A DNA stretch of 64,000 bases, from positions 41,416,001 through 41,480,000 of the forward strand of contig NC_047015.1 of assembly GCF_902652985.1 (NCBI RefSeq), in the 5' to 3' direction. The notes under the pieces are model-generated. The model did no database searches and was not told where the DNA came from. It saw only the letters and a program-made list of their open reading frames with translations. This document shows positions 63,220-64,000 of this stretch, one piece after another. The stretch comes from Pecten maximus. Lineage: Eukaryota. Every line of letters begins with the position of its first letter. Position 1 is the stretch's first letter. The translations under genes were made by a program, and so were the position numbers.

Positions 63220-64000
63220 AAACAATTTGCTCTGTAAAATACATTTATTAATAATGCCAGCCCGTGTATAAAGCATATTGGAATCATATTAAAACAAATG
63301 TTCTGCGACAAGTTCAAATCATTTCGATACTGCTTAGATTAATAAAATTGTTACGAAGTTTGCTGTAGTAAATATAAGTTTTCAATTAAGTGTATTTTTT
63401 CAAGAGAAAATATATAACTTAATGCAATTTGTTAATATATATAAACATATCTAAACAATAATTATTATTTTCCTATGCTTCGGTAGAAACATGGATTTAT
63501 GAAAAAAGTGTATTGATTTCAAACTGTGGGCAAAATTAATATTCCACTCTCATGGGTTGATAAATCGACTTCAGCTTAAGGGGGATATGCTTGCATAATG
63601 CATTATCAACACTAAATACTAATCAATGTAACATGGAATAAGATATTAAAGGATTGTACTAAAGACATAAGACATTAACACCTTCAATACACCTTTCGTC
63701 ATTCTAGGACATACCAGTGATACTACGGGCACAAAGCGTCTATGACAAGTTTTAATTTGATTACTCCCTTAGGCCTGTTGGTGGTTTCCATTCATAACCA
63801 GTACAAGCAAATAATTTCATTTGAACAAAAAATTGATAGCTTTTGTTTAAAACTATGAATACGATTTCGGAGTAAGTTTCCAGAATGTTTAATCTAACCA
63901 AACTATCGATTAACCAATTTATGACACTACCTTAAATTAGCCCAAGGACTAAACAGCTGTATGATACTGTATTTTATTTTGGCTCTACTGTATCTATCTC

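Noticed and set aside
63715-63795. Candidate first exon for gene B (donor CTG|GTATGT)
   Set aside because: Stops in all frames between the available ATGs and the donor.

Overview
Repeat-rich, AT-rich eukaryotic genomic DNA. The repeat repertoire (Helentron-type non-autonomous elements, tRNA-headed SINEs, CR1, Gypsy) resembles a mollusc, probably a bivalve; this taxonomy is inference. Host genes: two tandem minus-strand 12-Cys Ly6/uPAR (LYPD6-like) GPI-type genes. Gene A has three coding exons at 38908-32845. For gene B, exons 2-3 lie at 61431-59017 and exon 1 was not found. A probable CpG-rich promoter at about 27.5 kb may drive a large leftward gene. About ten minisatellites account for most long ORFs in the track. 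The centrepiece is a young, full-length but mutated Ty3/Gypsy LTR retrotransposon (41045-51311, 4-bp TSD CATA, tRNA-Leu PBS) inserted into a 53-bp minisatellite, with a Helentron-type element nested in its 5' LTR. In the env position it carries an intact third ORF encoding a tandem zinc-finger protein with a TQT (dynein light chain LC8-type) motif. That ORF has its own splice acceptor, strong Kozak context and AATAAA, and each LTR carries an array of eight GAGYRCTC palindromes. Together these suggest an undescribed accessory/regulatory module. Also present: a solo LTR, a 4.6-kb non-autonomous CACTA/EnSpm-like element, several MITEs, SINEs and a decayed CR1 LINE.
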